A stretch of DNA of 37,729 nt, taken from the IMG/VR virus record IMGVR_UViG_3300022862_000013, positions 1 through 37,729 of that record; one strand, 5' to 3'. The stretch comes from a virus. Lineage: Duplodnaviria; Caudoviricetes. Of this stretch, positions 6,955-17,072 are shown piece by piece (position 1 is the stretch's first letter; each line of letters begins with the position of its first letter). A program made the position numbers and the translations under genes. Under the pieces are notes generated by a model. The model was not told the origin of the DNA. It searched no databases and was given only the letters and a program-made list of their open reading frames with translations.

Positions 6955-9006
6955 TTAAACCCCTACAGTTGGAATGTGGAACGCAATGCACCAGTTGTGC
7001 AGCGGATACGGCTTGCCAACGAGGCTTGGAATGTTCTCGTCAGCGTATTGGCCGGTGCCGGCGGTGTACTCGTACACGTCGTCACTCATGGTTGGGTCGC
7101 TGTCGCGCAGGCAGCCATTGCCTTGGTGGTGCGCGCTGTCGGCATAACGGATAAAGACCGGCCCCACCGGGTCGCGGGCCAGTCGCAAACGCACAACACA
7201 GTCAGCGACGATGCTTGCACTCAGCACGCCGATATCCCCGCTGTCGTCCAGGGCGCTGAAACCCTTGCTCGGGTAGTCCGTTGGAGTTCGGCCGACAATC
7301 GGCTTGTCGAACACCAGCGGCGGATGGGGGACATGTAAGGACAACAGCACTTCGCGGCCCTTGATCTGCGCTTGCAGCGGCGAAAGCGGCTTCCAGTTCT
7401 GCCCCTGCTCAACAACCCGGTGCCACACCTTCGCGAACTGCTTGCCCACCCAGCGATAGCCGTTGGCGGTCAAGTGGCCACCCTTATCGGGATAGGGGTA
7501 AACCGGCGTTGCCATCACCCAGTTTTCGCGCTCTTCGGCCAGCTCCCACTGCGCCATGCCGATGGCTAGATCATTGGTGTCGCGGGTGTACGAGGCGCCG
7601 GTCTGGTAGGTGAGGAACAGCGGGGGCTGTTGCTGTCCGGCAATGGCCGAGACCACTTCGCTTTCCACATCCGAATACAGTGTGGCGAGCTTCGCCTTGT
7701 ATTCGTCCTTGGTCGCGACACCGCCCCAGTTGGTGCTGTAGTTGAACTCACCCTGCAGGAAGGTAACGGCCACGATGCCGTAGCTTTTGCTTTCAGCCTG
7801 CGCGGCCGCCTTCACCTTGGCTGCAATCTGAGTCAGGCGAAGCCAACGATTGGTCGAGTCGCCTTTCATAAGCCGCTCAATCGGCTGTCCGGCTACACCG
7901 CTGCAGCTGGCGACGAAGGTTCGCGACGTGTCGTTCTCCTGCTGCGCACGCTGGTTATGCAGTTTCTTCGACATGTTGGTCATGCCGACGACGGTGCACT
8001 CACCTTCATTCCCTGCGCCTGGGGCCAGCCCTGCGACCTCGGCATCGGTCAGAACAGTGGCGCCGGTAGCAAGGTCTTGGACCACGGCTTTCAACGGGGT
8101 CAGGATGGGGCCGCCGATGGGGGTAAACGCCCCGGCCGTTTTCGAGGCCGGCCGCACCGATTCGCCCAGCATCACGTTGCCATACTTCGGCGTTCTCGAC
8201 AGCGCCGGCCAGCCCTCAAAGCCCGTCGACAGCGATTGGCCGTATTCCATGAAGTGGTTGTAGTCCCAGATCGGCCGGGCCACTTCGGTGTTGTATTCGC
8301 GCACCACATTGGCCGACGACAGCAAGCCTTGCTGGTTCGCCTTTAGAATGTCATCTGCATTGAAATCGGCAGAAGACCCACCGCCAGAGTTACCACCTCT
8401 GCCAATGTAACTTCTCACAAACCCGAACCTGTCTGCCTCAGCGAAAGCGAATCGGTCCGTTCGTTTGATAACGTTGTTGCCAAACCTTACGCGATCAGTA
8501 GAAACCTCAACGCCCGGTGCCTTGATCAGACCGTTTCGAACTAAGAAAGCGATATGTCCCACTCTATCGCCGGCCGCGAAGATAGGTCTTTTGCTCTCGC
8601 GAAAGCGCCGCGTAACTTGCTGAATTTCTTCTGCACTAGAATCCTCGGACTGTAGAACCGAAGTATCCGCATTTATACGCTTGTAGAGCTGACGGCTGAT
8701 CTTCGAGTTAGGGCCCTTAACGTAGAAAAGCTTCCCGTCAGCAACCGCTAGCCTGCCTTCCGCCTCGGTGTCATGAATGCGCCCGTCTGCCATCTGCGCG
8801 CTTAGTTCGTTCGCGGCATCTGGAACAGCCTCGCTGTACAGCCGCGCCTGCTTGGCAAAGCTGGGGACCAGGCCATTATCCGTGACAACATCGGTATGCG
8901 CGTCACCGTGCACAATCTCGTGCTGAACCCCGGATGCCGCCTTCGACTTCGCCGCCGCTTCGGCCAGCTGCCCGGCGTAAGCCTGCAGCGATTCAACTTC
9001 TGCCAT
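6955..9006 (-). CDS. Tailspike with SGNH/sialate O-acetylesterase-like domain
   Basis: YGQSL, FLQGE and DKGGHL blocks; N-terminal anchor-like segment HEIVHGD...VPSFAK. Confidence 0.75.
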   Translation of the reverse strand: MAEVESLQAYAGQLAEAAAKSKAASGVQHEIVHGDAHTDVVTDNGLVPSFAKQARLYSEAVPDAANELSAQMADGRIHDTEAEGRLAVADGKLFYVKGPNSKISRQLYKRINADTSVLQSEDSSAEEIQQVTRRFRESKRPIFAAGDRVGHIAFLVRNGLIKAPGVEVSTDRVRFGNNVIKRTDRFAFAEADRFGFVRSYIGRGGNSGGGSSADFNADDILKANQQGLLSSANVVREYNTEVARPIWDYNHFMEYGQSLSTGFEGWPALSRTPKYGNVMLGESVRPASKTAGAFTPIGGPILTPLKAVVQDLATGATVLTDAEVAGLAPGAGNEGECTVVGMTNMSKKLHNQRAQQENDTSRTFVASCSGVAGQPIERLMKGDSTNRWLRLTQIAAKVKAAAQAESKSYGIVAVTFLQGEFNYSTNWGGVATKDEYKAKLATLYSDVESEVVSAIAGQQQPPLFLTYQTGASYTRDTNDLAIGMAQWELAEERENWVMATPVYPYPDKGGHLTANGYRWVGKQFAKVWHRVVEQGQNWKPLSPLQAQIKGREVLLSLHVPHPPLVFDKPIVGRTPTDYPSKGFSALDDSGDIGVLSASIVADCVVRLRLARDPVGPVFIRYADSAHHQGNGCLRDSDPTMSDDVYEYTAGTGQYADENIPSLVGKPYPLHNWCIAFHIPTVGV

Positions 9007-9022
9007 TGATATCTCCTGGCAT

Positions 9023-9044
9023 AAAAAAACCCGCCGGGGCGGGT
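9023..9044 (-). terminator. Intrinsic terminator between tail fibre and tailspike
   Basis: ACCCGCC/GGCGGGT stem plus T run. Confidence 0.7.
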
Positions 9045-9067
9045 GTGGTGGTAGTTATAGTTTGACG

Positions 9068-9796
9068 TTAGTAGCCAGGGGCTTTTCCAATCGCGCGCCA
9101 ATGGATGGTCGCGGGGAAGTTAGCAGTGTCATTGAACAGCTTGTATTGCGTGGCACTGATGAAAAAGGCGCCTGCAGCGTTGCCATCACCGTCCTCGGCG
9201 TTAGGCGAAACTTTGTTTCCGAAACAGTTGTAGACCTCGGCAAACGGCCTCGGGAAATCAATGGCCGCGCTGGTAGCGTCTGCTGCCACTACCCCGCTCC
9301 CCCATTGCTCGAGGAACCCCGTGGCCTTGTCCAGCCGCCAACCGGGCGCGGCCATCAATGCTGTGTTTTTGTCCTGTTTGGTCGCGGCAAGGTTATCGAC
9401 AGCGGTCTGCAGAGCACTGACCAGACTGTCTACCGCCACCTTGGTATAAGCATCACCAATGCCGTAGCCACCGAGGGTGATGGCATTGTTCGCCTTTTGA
9501 GCCAACATCCCATCGGTCTGAGGCTTAGTGTAGGCATCCACAATGCCATAGCCGGCCAAGGTCGTAGCTTTCACCGCGTAGGCCGCACCGAAGGCACGGA
9601 TGGCCTGCAGTAACTGGGTATCGTCGGCTTTGTCCAGAGCCGGCAAGTAGGCCAAGATGAAGTTAGCCAGCTCTTCCTGAACCATGTTCAACCACTCAGC
9701 CTTGAGCGGGGTAGGTGCCACACCGCCGACAACGGTGCCATAGCGAAAGCGACCCAGGACGCCAACTAGGTCAGTCCAACTTGAAATGCGCTGCAT
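9068..9796 (-). CDS. Short tail fibre protein
   Basis: AEWLNMVQEEL anchor, TLAGYGI repeats, EQWG...WRAIG C-terminal domain. Confidence 0.85.
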   Translation of the reverse strand: MQRISSWTDLVGVLGRFRYGTVVGGVAPTPLKAEWLNMVQEELANFILAYLPALDKADDTQLLQAIRAFGAAYAVKATTLAGYGIVDAYTKPQTDGMLAQKANNAITLGGYGIGDAYTKVAVDSLVSALQTAVDNLAATKQDKNTALMAAPGWRLDKATGFLEQWGSGVVAADATSAAIDFPRPFAEVYNCFGNKVSPNAEDGDGNAAGAFFISATQYKLFNDTANFPATIHWRAIGKAPGY

Positions 9797-9798
9797 AA

Positions 9799-10440
9799 CT
9801 AATCCTCGTAGCCAGCCACCGAGGCCGGCAACACGTAATGAACGGCGTGAAACAACTCATCAACACAGGCCGCAATGCCTTCAACCTCGGCACGGCCATA
9901 GCCGATTTCAACGTCGGTATATTCGGGCGCCTCAAGGCGCAGCCTGCATTCCATGGCAGCGGCTTCGGCGGTGCCATATGCCGCCAGCGGTGCCGAGGCG
10001 ACCCATGCCCACGGCCAGCCATCGCCATACAGAAAATCGCCGGTGACAGTCGGGCCGACCCGGGCCGGGCGGAATTCTTCAATCGTTACCGTAACGCCGG
10101 CCTGCTTGGCCAAGCGGCGGTAGTACGCCACTTGAGGCGCGCCAGAGGCAGTCAGTTTGTCCAGCACGGCCTGCCGGCGCTGCTCAAGCGTCTGCGATCC
10201 CGGAACGGTGCAGGCGTCCGGCAACTCCAGATAGTCCTCCCAGTCAGTCAGCAGCGCGCTGACCGTGGCGGGGTTCATCTCCAGTTGCAGCTCATCCAGC
10301 GCCACGTCAACCCGTGCCAGCTCAGGCGCCAGGCTGTCCAGCAACTGCGCCACATCAGGCTGCAATTCCGGGTCAAAGGCTGGCCCAGGTGGCAGCAGTC
10401 CGCGCAGCCCCTCGCGGTAGTCATCCTCGGTCATAGCCAT
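9799..10440 (-). CDS. Baseplate wedge protein (YmfQ/DUF2313, Mu gp48-like)
   Basis: LLPPGPAF and LLTDWE..LELPD motifs; synteny. Confidence 0.85.
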   Translation of the reverse strand: MAMTEDDYREGLRGLLPPGPAFDPELQPDVAQLLDSLAPELARVDVALDELQLEMNPATVSALLTDWEDYLELPDACTVPGSQTLEQRRQAVLDKLTASGAPQVAYYRRLAKQAGVTVTIEEFRPARVGPTVTGDFLYGDGWPWAWVASAPLAAYGTAEAAAMECRLRLEAPEYTDVEIGYGRAEVEGIAACVDELFHAVHYVLPASVAGYED

Positions 10441-11474
10441 GTAATCACCCCCAGTACCGCCACCTGGTTGTTCGCCACCGGTACATCCTCGGTCGGCACG
10501 GCCAGCTTGTGATCCGTCTCACCCGGGGCATTACTGATGGCAGCGCGGATATGGCTCACCGGAATCAGCGAGCCCGCGCCCCCTTCATCGCCAATCAAGT
10601 CGGCCAGAGCCTTGGCAACGGCCTGCCGCACTGCCGTAGTGTCCGGGGTCAGCATGATGTTCAGGTCAATGGCACGGCGCTGGGCGGCGAATACATAAAC
10701 TTCACTGGTGACCGGCCGCTTGCGCTCCAGATAGGCCTGCACTTCGGCCACCTTCGCCTCATTGGGGAAGATATCGGCGTCACCGTCGCAGACGAAGGTC
10801 AGCCCGAACGTGCCCGGCCCCATCCAGCGCGGCAGCGCCCAAGCCCGCGTCACCCCAGGCACTTCCAGCGCCCATTCCACAAAGTCTTCGGCGTTGCCGA
10901 CCTTGCTCGGGTTCTTGAAGGCGGCACGAACCCGGCCGCGTAGCGCTTCGATTTCCTCCTGTTCAGTGCCGCCGACGATACCGCCGGGGCCAATGACCGC
11001 CGTCGAATTCACGCCGAGCACCGGGGCCACAGCGGTCAGTTCGCCGGCCTCGATGTTGCCGCTTGGCCCTAATTCCTCTGCGGCCAGCTGCAACTGGGCA
11101 GCACCGTCAACCAAGGTAGCGGCCACCTTGACCACATAGCGGCGGCCATCTTTGGCCTGATACACCGTCCCGGCATCTACCGGGAACCCCGTAGATCCGG
11201 TGACCGTGGCCAGTCCGGTCGCCGCCACGGCAGGTTTGCGCCCATCCTCCAGGCGCCAATCCGCCCAGCGCAGCACCTGCTCTTCATCGCAGGTCGCCGG
11301 GTGCGCCTGCCTGGCCACCCAACTCTGGTAGCCAAACAGCTGATAGGCCGCACCACTGAGCGCGCGAGCCCCCACCTTGGCATCCGAACGGCGCAAGGCG
11401 TCCGGGGCGTTGCGCTCAAAATCGGCCTCGGTGCGAGTGATCAGCGCCTGCAACGTCGGAATTTCATACGGCAT
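10431..11474 (-). CDS. Baseplate J/gp47 protein
   Basis: WALEVPGVTRAW motif; synteny. Confidence 0.9.
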   Translation of the reverse strand: MPYEIPTLQALITRTEADFERNAPDALRRSDAKVGARALSGAAYQLFGYQSWVARQAHPATCDEEQVLRWADWRLEDGRKPAVAATGLATVTGSTGFPVDAGTVYQAKDGRRYVVKVAATLVDGAAQLQLAAEELGPSGNIEAGELTAVAPVLGVNSTAVIGPGGIVGGTEQEEIEALRGRVRAAFKNPSKVGNAEDFVEWALEVPGVTRAWALPRWMGPGTFGLTFVCDGDADIFPNEAKVAEVQAYLERKRPVTSEVYVFAAQRRAIDLNIMLTPDTTAVRQAVAKALADLIGDEGGAGSLIPVSHIRAAISNAPGETDHKLAVPTEDVPVANNQVAVLGVITWL

Positions 11475-11850
11475 TGATCAAGCTCCATGTGTCTTCAAAG
11501 GCCAGCTGCAGGGTTTCGCCGTTCGACTCGGTAAGCCGCACCTGCAGGTTGACCCGGTTAATGTCTTGCCGCTCGACCGTGACCGTAACGGCGGTGACAA
11601 TCTCGTCCTCGGTCATCCAGCGCAGCGCCTCTTCGGCGTATTCCTGCGCATCGCGCAGGGTGTCCGGGGTGATGGCCCGGCGCTGCAGTAGCCACAGTCG
11701 CGAGCCGATCTGATCGCCAGGCGCTGTGGGCACGCTGTCTCCCCACCAGCCCTTGCGGTCGGCATCGTCCAGCTGGTCGTCAGCACCGGCGCGGCGCCAG
11801 GTGAAAAGACTGATGGTCACCGCCCTGCGCAACAGCGCTTCGCGGCTCAT
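11464..11850 (-). CDS. Mu gp46-like baseplate protein
   Basis: GWWGD and IGSRLWLLQR motifs. Confidence 0.9.
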   Translation of the reverse strand: MSREALLRRAVTISLFTWRRAGADDQLDDADRKGWWGDSVPTAPGDQIGSRLWLLQRRAITPDTLRDAQEYAEEALRWMTEDEIVTAVTVTVERQDINRVNLQVRLTESNGETLQLAFEDTWSLINAV

Positions 11851-12359
11851 GCCCCACCCCCTACAGGCTTGTTGGTGCTGCCCTCACCGTTCAGCACGCC
11901 ATCGTGCACATGCTCGATCTGGCTGATGCCGGCGGCTACCTGATCGCCGTCCGACTCGATGCGGCCGGTGGTGCGGATCACGGGCGTGTTGAACTCCACC
12001 GCCGCGTCGGCCTTCACCTTGAGCGTGACCGTCTCCAGCTCGATAACCCGGCCACGCTTGAACTGCAGGTAGTCGCCTTCGTCGGTGTACAAGGCCACTT
12101 CGCCGGGCTTGAGGCCCTTAAGGCGGAAACGCCGGTCTGCCACCATGATTACCACCCCGTGGCTACGGTCACCGAAAAATCCCACCAGGGCTTCGGCACC
12201 AGACAACGGGCAGGATGTGAGACCGTAGGGCTCCAGGTGCTCGATGTCGTCTTTGACTTCCCCGGCGGTGATGCGCAGCTGCAGGCTCTGCAGCTTGCGC
12301 GCCGAGTTGGCCAGCACGACCACGCCGCGTGCCAGCACGCTCGCTAGGGGGTTTCTCAT
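11847..12359 (-). CDS. Baseplate spike (Mu gp45/gpV-like)
   Basis: EHLEPYG, LKPGEVALY and C-terminal HVH motifs. Confidence 0.9.
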   Translation of the reverse strand: MRNPLASVLARGVVVLANSARKLQSLQLRITAGEVKDDIEHLEPYGLTSCPLSGAEALVGFFGDRSHGVVIMVADRRFRLKGLKPGEVALYTDEGDYLQFKRGRVIELETVTLKVKADAAVEFNTPVIRTTGRIESDGDQVAAGISQIEHVHDGVLNGEGSTNKPVGGGA

Positions 12360-13465
12360 GGCTTGTAGTCCGCTGGAATGAGGTATTCAAAGTTGTCGGT
12401 CTTCTTGCCCTTCTTGAGCTTGCGGCTCTCGTAGGCGTCGTTCGGCTCGGGCAGGAAGCCATCCGGCGGGGCCACGGTCATACGGGTAAAGGTGCCCGTC
12501 TCGCCCAGCTCGTAGGTGATTTCACTGATCAGCATGTCGCGGTCCAGACCGATCAGCGGGTCAATCACCCGCACGATCATGTTGTGCCGCCACAGCTCGC
12601 CACTGCTCTGCCGCCAGCCCTGCACCGTGTAGTTGATTGCCATGGCCTTACTGAGGGCATTGGCGCGCTCCCACTGCACGCGGTCGCGCGCCATCTTTTC
12701 GGTCAGTTGCCCCGACTGGCTGATCACCTTCACCCGCCGGCGCGCCACCCGGTCATCACCTATGCGCGCCTCCACTTCGGACACGGCCGGTCCGAACGAA
12801 ACGTCGGTGCCACTGCGCTGCCCTCGACTGATGTACTCGGAAAACACATTGGAGAAGTCCAGCGCGGTGTCACCGGCGAGAATGTTCTTGCCCAGTTCCA
12901 AAGCGTCGACCGCCCGCCCAGCCGTGCCCGGCGTGGCAATCACCAGGCGGCCACGCCCATCGTCGGTACTGAACAGCCGGGAAAGCGTCAGTAGGCGGTC
13001 GATACTCTCGAACGCGGTTTCGCCCGGCTCGATGGTGTGATCGTCCAGCCCGAGCGTGACAGAGGCCTCGTTGATTACCTTGATGCCGTATTCACCGGCC
13101 AAGGCCTCGACGATTTTCTGCACACTTTGGCCGCGCCACTGACCGGGCGAATTGATCGCCGCGCAGTCCACCAGGTCGGCGGTTTTCGAACGCCCGGCAA
13201 TGCTCAGGGTGATGGACGTGCCGTCATAGTGAATCGGCGTACTGAACACATAACCGCTCAGCAACAGCTCTTCGCCAATGCGCACTTCAACTTCTTCACC
13301 CTGGCGAATCCGTACCGGCGCCTCACCGCCGCCGGGCCACTGCCAGGTGATTGACACCGTAAAATCGCGCGCTTGCCGCTCCAGGCCTGCACTGATGCTT
13401 ACGTCTTTCCAACCGGCGTAGTCGTGCCCGCCAGCGCTCAGGGTGACGGTGTTATCTGGCTCCAT
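12356..13465 (-). CDS. Baseplate hub (Mu gpP/gp44-like)
   Basis: GRSKTADLVDC and IEPGETAF motifs. Confidence 0.9.
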   Translation of the reverse strand: MEPDNTVTLSAGGHDYAGWKDVSISAGLERQARDFTVSITWQWPGGGEAPVRIRQGEEVEVRIGEELLLSGYVFSTPIHYDGTSITLSIAGRSKTADLVDCAAINSPGQWRGQSVQKIVEALAGEYGIKVINEASVTLGLDDHTIEPGETAFESIDRLLTLSRLFSTDDGRGRLVIATPGTAGRAVDALELGKNILAGDTALDFSNVFSEYISRGQRSGTDVSFGPAVSEVEARIGDDRVARRRVKVISQSGQLTEKMARDRVQWERANALSKAMAINYTVQGWRQSSGELWRHNMIVRVIDPLIGLDRDMLISEITYELGETGTFTRMTVAPPDGFLPEPNDAYESRKLKKGKKTDNFEYLIPADYKP

Positions 13466-13468
13466 GGC

Positions 13469-14728
13469 TTAACTCTTGGCAACTTGAAGTTCTACGGCAG
13501 GCACAAAGCCCGGGTGGCGAATCGCATTGCGCGAAACGATTTCAGCGCCGCGCAAGGCGTCGCCATACAGCTGATGGGCCAGCACCAATGACGACACCAT
13601 GGCGCGCGGCTGATACGGCCGCAGCCAAACACCGCTACGCGCCACTTCCGTCAGATGCCGATCTAAGGCCAAACGCGCATCACTGAGCGCGCCGAAGTGC
13701 TCAGGCGTGCTTTCCCCGGCCACTACCCACATTGCCTCACTGATCGCATCCCTAGCGGCCAGAATGTCATCCGCGACCGGTACGCCGTTATCCATCACGC
13801 TACCGGGCTCGACCGTTGCGCCCTGCTGCTCAAGCTGGACGCTCAGAGCGGCCGGCTGATCGACGCTCTGCACGCTGGCCACCGGCACCTCCGCCATGTC
13901 CAGCAACAGGTCGACAATGGCGGCATCCTGCACCAGACCAATGACAGCCGCCTGGATCAAGGCAATGTCGGGATCGTCCGTGGCTGCGCGCTCAGTGGAC
14001 AACGCCACGATGGCATCGGCCTTGCTCTTGGACGATTGCAGCGACCCTGTGGAGCCGTACCCACTAAACCAGCGCTCAACACTCGCCAGATCGCTCAACA
14101 GGCTGGCCGACAGAGCGTCGGGCGCATTAATCACCGACTGCACGAACGCGCCCAGGTCGGCTGCCAGCGAGGTCAGCGGCTTAAGGAAGTTGATGGCAAA
14201 GGCATACGCACTGGAAATAGCCCTGCGCACCTTGTTGACCTGCTGCCGTGCCCAGTCCACCTTCGCCATGACCGCATCAAACCGCGCCTTGATCCGCTCC
14301 AGCAGCGACGGCACATGGGCCGCCAGCTGGCGACGGGTGTTCACCCGCTGCACCGGGAAGGTCAACATGCCGTCGATAAACGCCAGATTGAACCGCACCA
14401 TGCCCAGCTCGTCGCGGGAGTGCGATAGTTCGCACTTGCCGGCTGTGACGGTCAGTCGCCCGAACCACGGGTGCACCAGCTCCCCCGGCCCAGGCTTATC
14501 CAGCGCTTCCAGCAGGCGGTCACGCTGGTCGATAAAATCGCTACCGACCACAAAGCCTTCGAACTTGTACTCCCGGGTTTGCCGGCCCATGTCCTCGACC
14601 ATGGGCTGATCGCGCTTAGGGTATTCGTGCAACTGGGTGCGCCGGCCGACCGGCACACTGTCGCTGTCCACCCAAAATGGCACGCCGCGAAACGATGCCT
14701 CGCGGCGCAGGTCACGCCACTCACTCAT
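13469..14728 (-). CDS. DNA circularization/tail protein (Mu gpN-like)
   Basis: ASFRGVPF, HEYP, GELVHPWFG and IRHPGFVP motifs. Confidence 0.9.
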   Translation of the reverse strand: MSEWRDLRREASFRGVPFWVDSDSVPVGRRTQLHEYPKRDQPMVEDMGRQTREYKFEGFVVGSDFIDQRDRLLEALDKPGPGELVHPWFGRLTVTAGKCELSHSRDELGMVRFNLAFIDGMLTFPVQRVNTRRQLAAHVPSLLERIKARFDAVMAKVDWARQQVNKVRRAISSAYAFAINFLKPLTSLAADLGAFVQSVINAPDALSASLLSDLASVERWFSGYGSTGSLQSSKSKADAIVALSTERAATDDPDIALIQAAVIGLVQDAAIVDLLLDMAEVPVASVQSVDQPAALSVQLEQQGATVEPGSVMDNGVPVADDILAARDAISEAMWVVAGESTPEHFGALSDARLALDRHLTEVARSGVWLRPYQPRAMVSSLVLAHQLYGDALRGAEIVSRNAIRHPGFVPAVELQVAKS

Positions 14729-16646
14729 TGGTGCCTCCCATGGTCCGACGACCAACGTTCTGCGGCGTTACGGTCACGCCAGGTTGACTACTCTTGGCCC
14801 CCTCCAGCCGCGTGCCCGGTGGCGCGCCCTCAAACAGCACACGCAACTCACCGTTCAGCTGGGTTTTTCCGGCTGCCGCCGAAGACTGCCGAAGCAGCGA
14901 ACCCGGATCGGGCAGCTGACCCGGCGCCTTGAGCAGCGCACCGGGGGTGATGCCGAATTGCTGGGCGCGTTGCTCCTGGGCGGCCTTGACCTTCGCGCCG
15001 GCATTCGCCACCAGGAAATCGCCCGTGCCGCCACCTTCACCTGCATTGCGGCGCTTCTGCGCATCGGCCATTTGCGTCACCCTTGCGGTGATACCAGGCC
15101 CGCCATCTTCCAGGCCCATGAACTTCAACAGCGGCTCAATGTAGGGCTTGATACCCTCCCACAGCTCTTTGAACCAGGCACTGATTGGCCCCCAGTGCTT
15201 GATGATCTGACCTAATGGCGTCCATTCAAAAAAGGTCTTCATCATGTCCATCACTGGCACCGCCGCTGCCCGGATCAAATCCCACAAAGCAGTGAAGAAA
15301 GGCCCGACCTTCTCCCAGTTGGCGACGATCAGGCCGGCGGCGGCCGCGATACCTACCGCGATCAGACCGACCGGAGTAGCCGCGAAGGCCACGCCCAGCA
15401 AGCGGGTGGCCACTGTGGCGGCGAATACCGCCGCGCGCAGTGCGGTAAACGCCGCGCCGGCGATGACGATGCCGCGCACCAGCTGGGGGTTGTCCCGCAC
15501 CAATTGCGCCGCCTGCGAGATCCAGGGGCGCAGCTGGTTAACCACAGCGTTAATGCCCGGCAGCAAGGCGTCACCGACCTCGCGGGCCACACCCATCACG
15601 CTATTGCGCAGCAGCTGCAGGTTGTTCGCCGTGGTCGCGGCCCGTGCCGCATATTCCTTTTCCATGGAGCCGGCGTATTTCTGCGCGTCGCTGACCTTTT
15701 CCAAGTTGCCGCGCAGCAGCTCCAAGTTGGTCAGCAGCGGCGTGATGGCCCCAATGGACTCGGTACCGAACATTTCGGCCAGCAGCGCCGGACGCTTAGC
15801 CGCATCGACCTGACCGATACGCTTGAGCAGGTCCAGGGTGGTGCCCTGGGCGTCCTTCTGCATGTTCTCGGCCACCGTCTTGGAATCCAGCCGAAGCGAC
15901 TTGAATGCCTGCGCTTGGCCCTTGGTGGCCGCCGTTCCTTTGGTCATGGCCAACATGAAGTTCTTGATGCCTGTGGCCGCCACATCCTGCTTGACGCCTA
16001 CCCCGGCCATGGTTGCACCGATGGCCGCCACCTGGGCTGACGACATGCCGGCCACTTCGCCCAGCGCGCCGACCTCGGTGACAATGGCGGAAATCTGTTT
16101 GGTGTTGGCCGGGCCGGTGTTGCCGAGGTAGTTGATACGGTCAGCCAGTCCGATCACCTCGGCCTGATTCATGCGAAACGCGGTTCGCCACTTGGCCATC
16201 ATGTCGCCGGACTCGTCGGCAGTCTGGTCGAACGCGATGCCCATCTTTACCGCCGCGTCGGCAAAGCCCAGCAGCTCATTGCGGGCAATGCCCGATTGCC
16301 CCCCGGCCGCGACGATCTTGGCAATGTCCGTCGCGGCCATGGGTAATCGTTCAGACATCCGGCCAATGTCGTCGCCCATCTTCTTGAACTGGTCAGGTGA
16401 ATCGAAGTCGACCACCTTGCGCACGTCAGCCATCTGCGACTCGAAGTCGATAGCCGCGCGCGCACCGGCAATAAACGGGGCCGCCATGGCCCCACCGGTG
16501 ACGATATCGCTCCAGCCGATCTTACCCAGGCCAGTGCTTTCCAAGTTCTTGCGGAACGCGGCAATGTTCTTACGCGCCCCCGCCAGGGTCGGTGACAGCT
16601 TGTCGACGCCGGTGATCAGCGCTTTGAGCTGAAACTTGTCAGCCAT
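14721..16646 (-). CDS. Tape measure protein
   Basis: AIDFESQMADVRKVVDF; long helical Ala-rich protein; synteny. Confidence 0.92.
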   Translation of the reverse strand: MADKFQLKALITGVDKLSPTLAGARKNIAAFRKNLESTGLGKIGWSDIVTGGAMAAPFIAGARAAIDFESQMADVRKVVDFDSPDQFKKMGDDIGRMSERLPMAATDIAKIVAAGGQSGIARNELLGFADAAVKMGIAFDQTADESGDMMAKWRTAFRMNQAEVIGLADRINYLGNTGPANTKQISAIVTEVGALGEVAGMSSAQVAAIGATMAGVGVKQDVAATGIKNFMLAMTKGTAATKGQAQAFKSLRLDSKTVAENMQKDAQGTTLDLLKRIGQVDAAKRPALLAEMFGTESIGAITPLLTNLELLRGNLEKVSDAQKYAGSMEKEYAARAATTANNLQLLRNSVMGVAREVGDALLPGINAVVNQLRPWISQAAQLVRDNPQLVRGIVIAGAAFTALRAAVFAATVATRLLGVAFAATPVGLIAVGIAAAAGLIVANWEKVGPFFTALWDLIRAAAVPVMDMMKTFFEWTPLGQIIKHWGPISAWFKELWEGIKPYIEPLLKFMGLEDGGPGITARVTQMADAQKRRNAGEGGGTGDFLVANAGAKVKAAQEQRAQQFGITPGALLKAPGQLPDPGSLLRQSSAAAGKTQLNGELRVLFEGAPPGTRLEGAKSSQPGVTVTPQNVGRRTMGGTNE

Positions 16647-16815
16647 CCTCCCCCCTCAGCGTTTCCGCTATGCGTTGGCTGTGCATGATGGCCTCCAGAA
16701 CTACGTCCAAAGGCCGACCCATGATTTGCTCAGGGTCCGTTTTCCAGACCCAGGCAAGGTCGTAGGCAACCGCTATCAGCTCGTCGACGGAGCTGATGCC
16801 GGCTTCATGAAAAAA
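16639..16815 (-). CDS. -1 frameshift extension of the tail assembly chaperone (GT/E'-like)
   Basis: Slippery T TTT TTC at 16809-16815 leads into the open frame FHEAGISSVDEL...RGEDG. Confidence 0.8.
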   Translation of the reverse strand, partial: FFHEAGISSVDELIAVAYDLAWVWKTDPEQIMGRPLDVVLEAIMHSQRIAETLRGEDG

Positions 16816-17072
16816 CCGACAATCCGCCACGCCGCGCTGTTGAGGTCGGCAAGATCCAGCTGGTTGACCGACGACGGTGGGATGTGCCCGCACAAGGCGA
16901 TGTACTTGGCGGCCACGTCCATGTCCACGGCCACCGAATCCTCCGCGTCAATCTTGTACGGCAGCGCCTTCATCTGGCGCACCTCGACCACTGTGGGTCG
17001 GCGCAGCTCCAGCGTTTTGACTTCTTCGCCGTGCGCCTGAATCGGCGCGGACAGCTCAATCACTTCTTTCAT
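16776..17072 (-). CDS. Tail assembly chaperone
   Basis: Lies between tube and tape measure; LELRRPT motif; ends GFF at the slippery site. Confidence 0.85.
   Translation of the reverse strand: MKEVIELSAPIQAHGEEVKTLELRRPTVVEVRQMKALPYKIDAEDSVAVDMDVAAKYIALCGHIPPSSVNQLDLADLNSAAWRIVGFFMKPASAPSTS

Noticed and set aside
9068-9796. Invertible tail-fibre cassette or diversity-generating retroelement
   Set aside because: No invertase, reverse transcriptase, inverted fibre copy or template/variable repeat pair was found.
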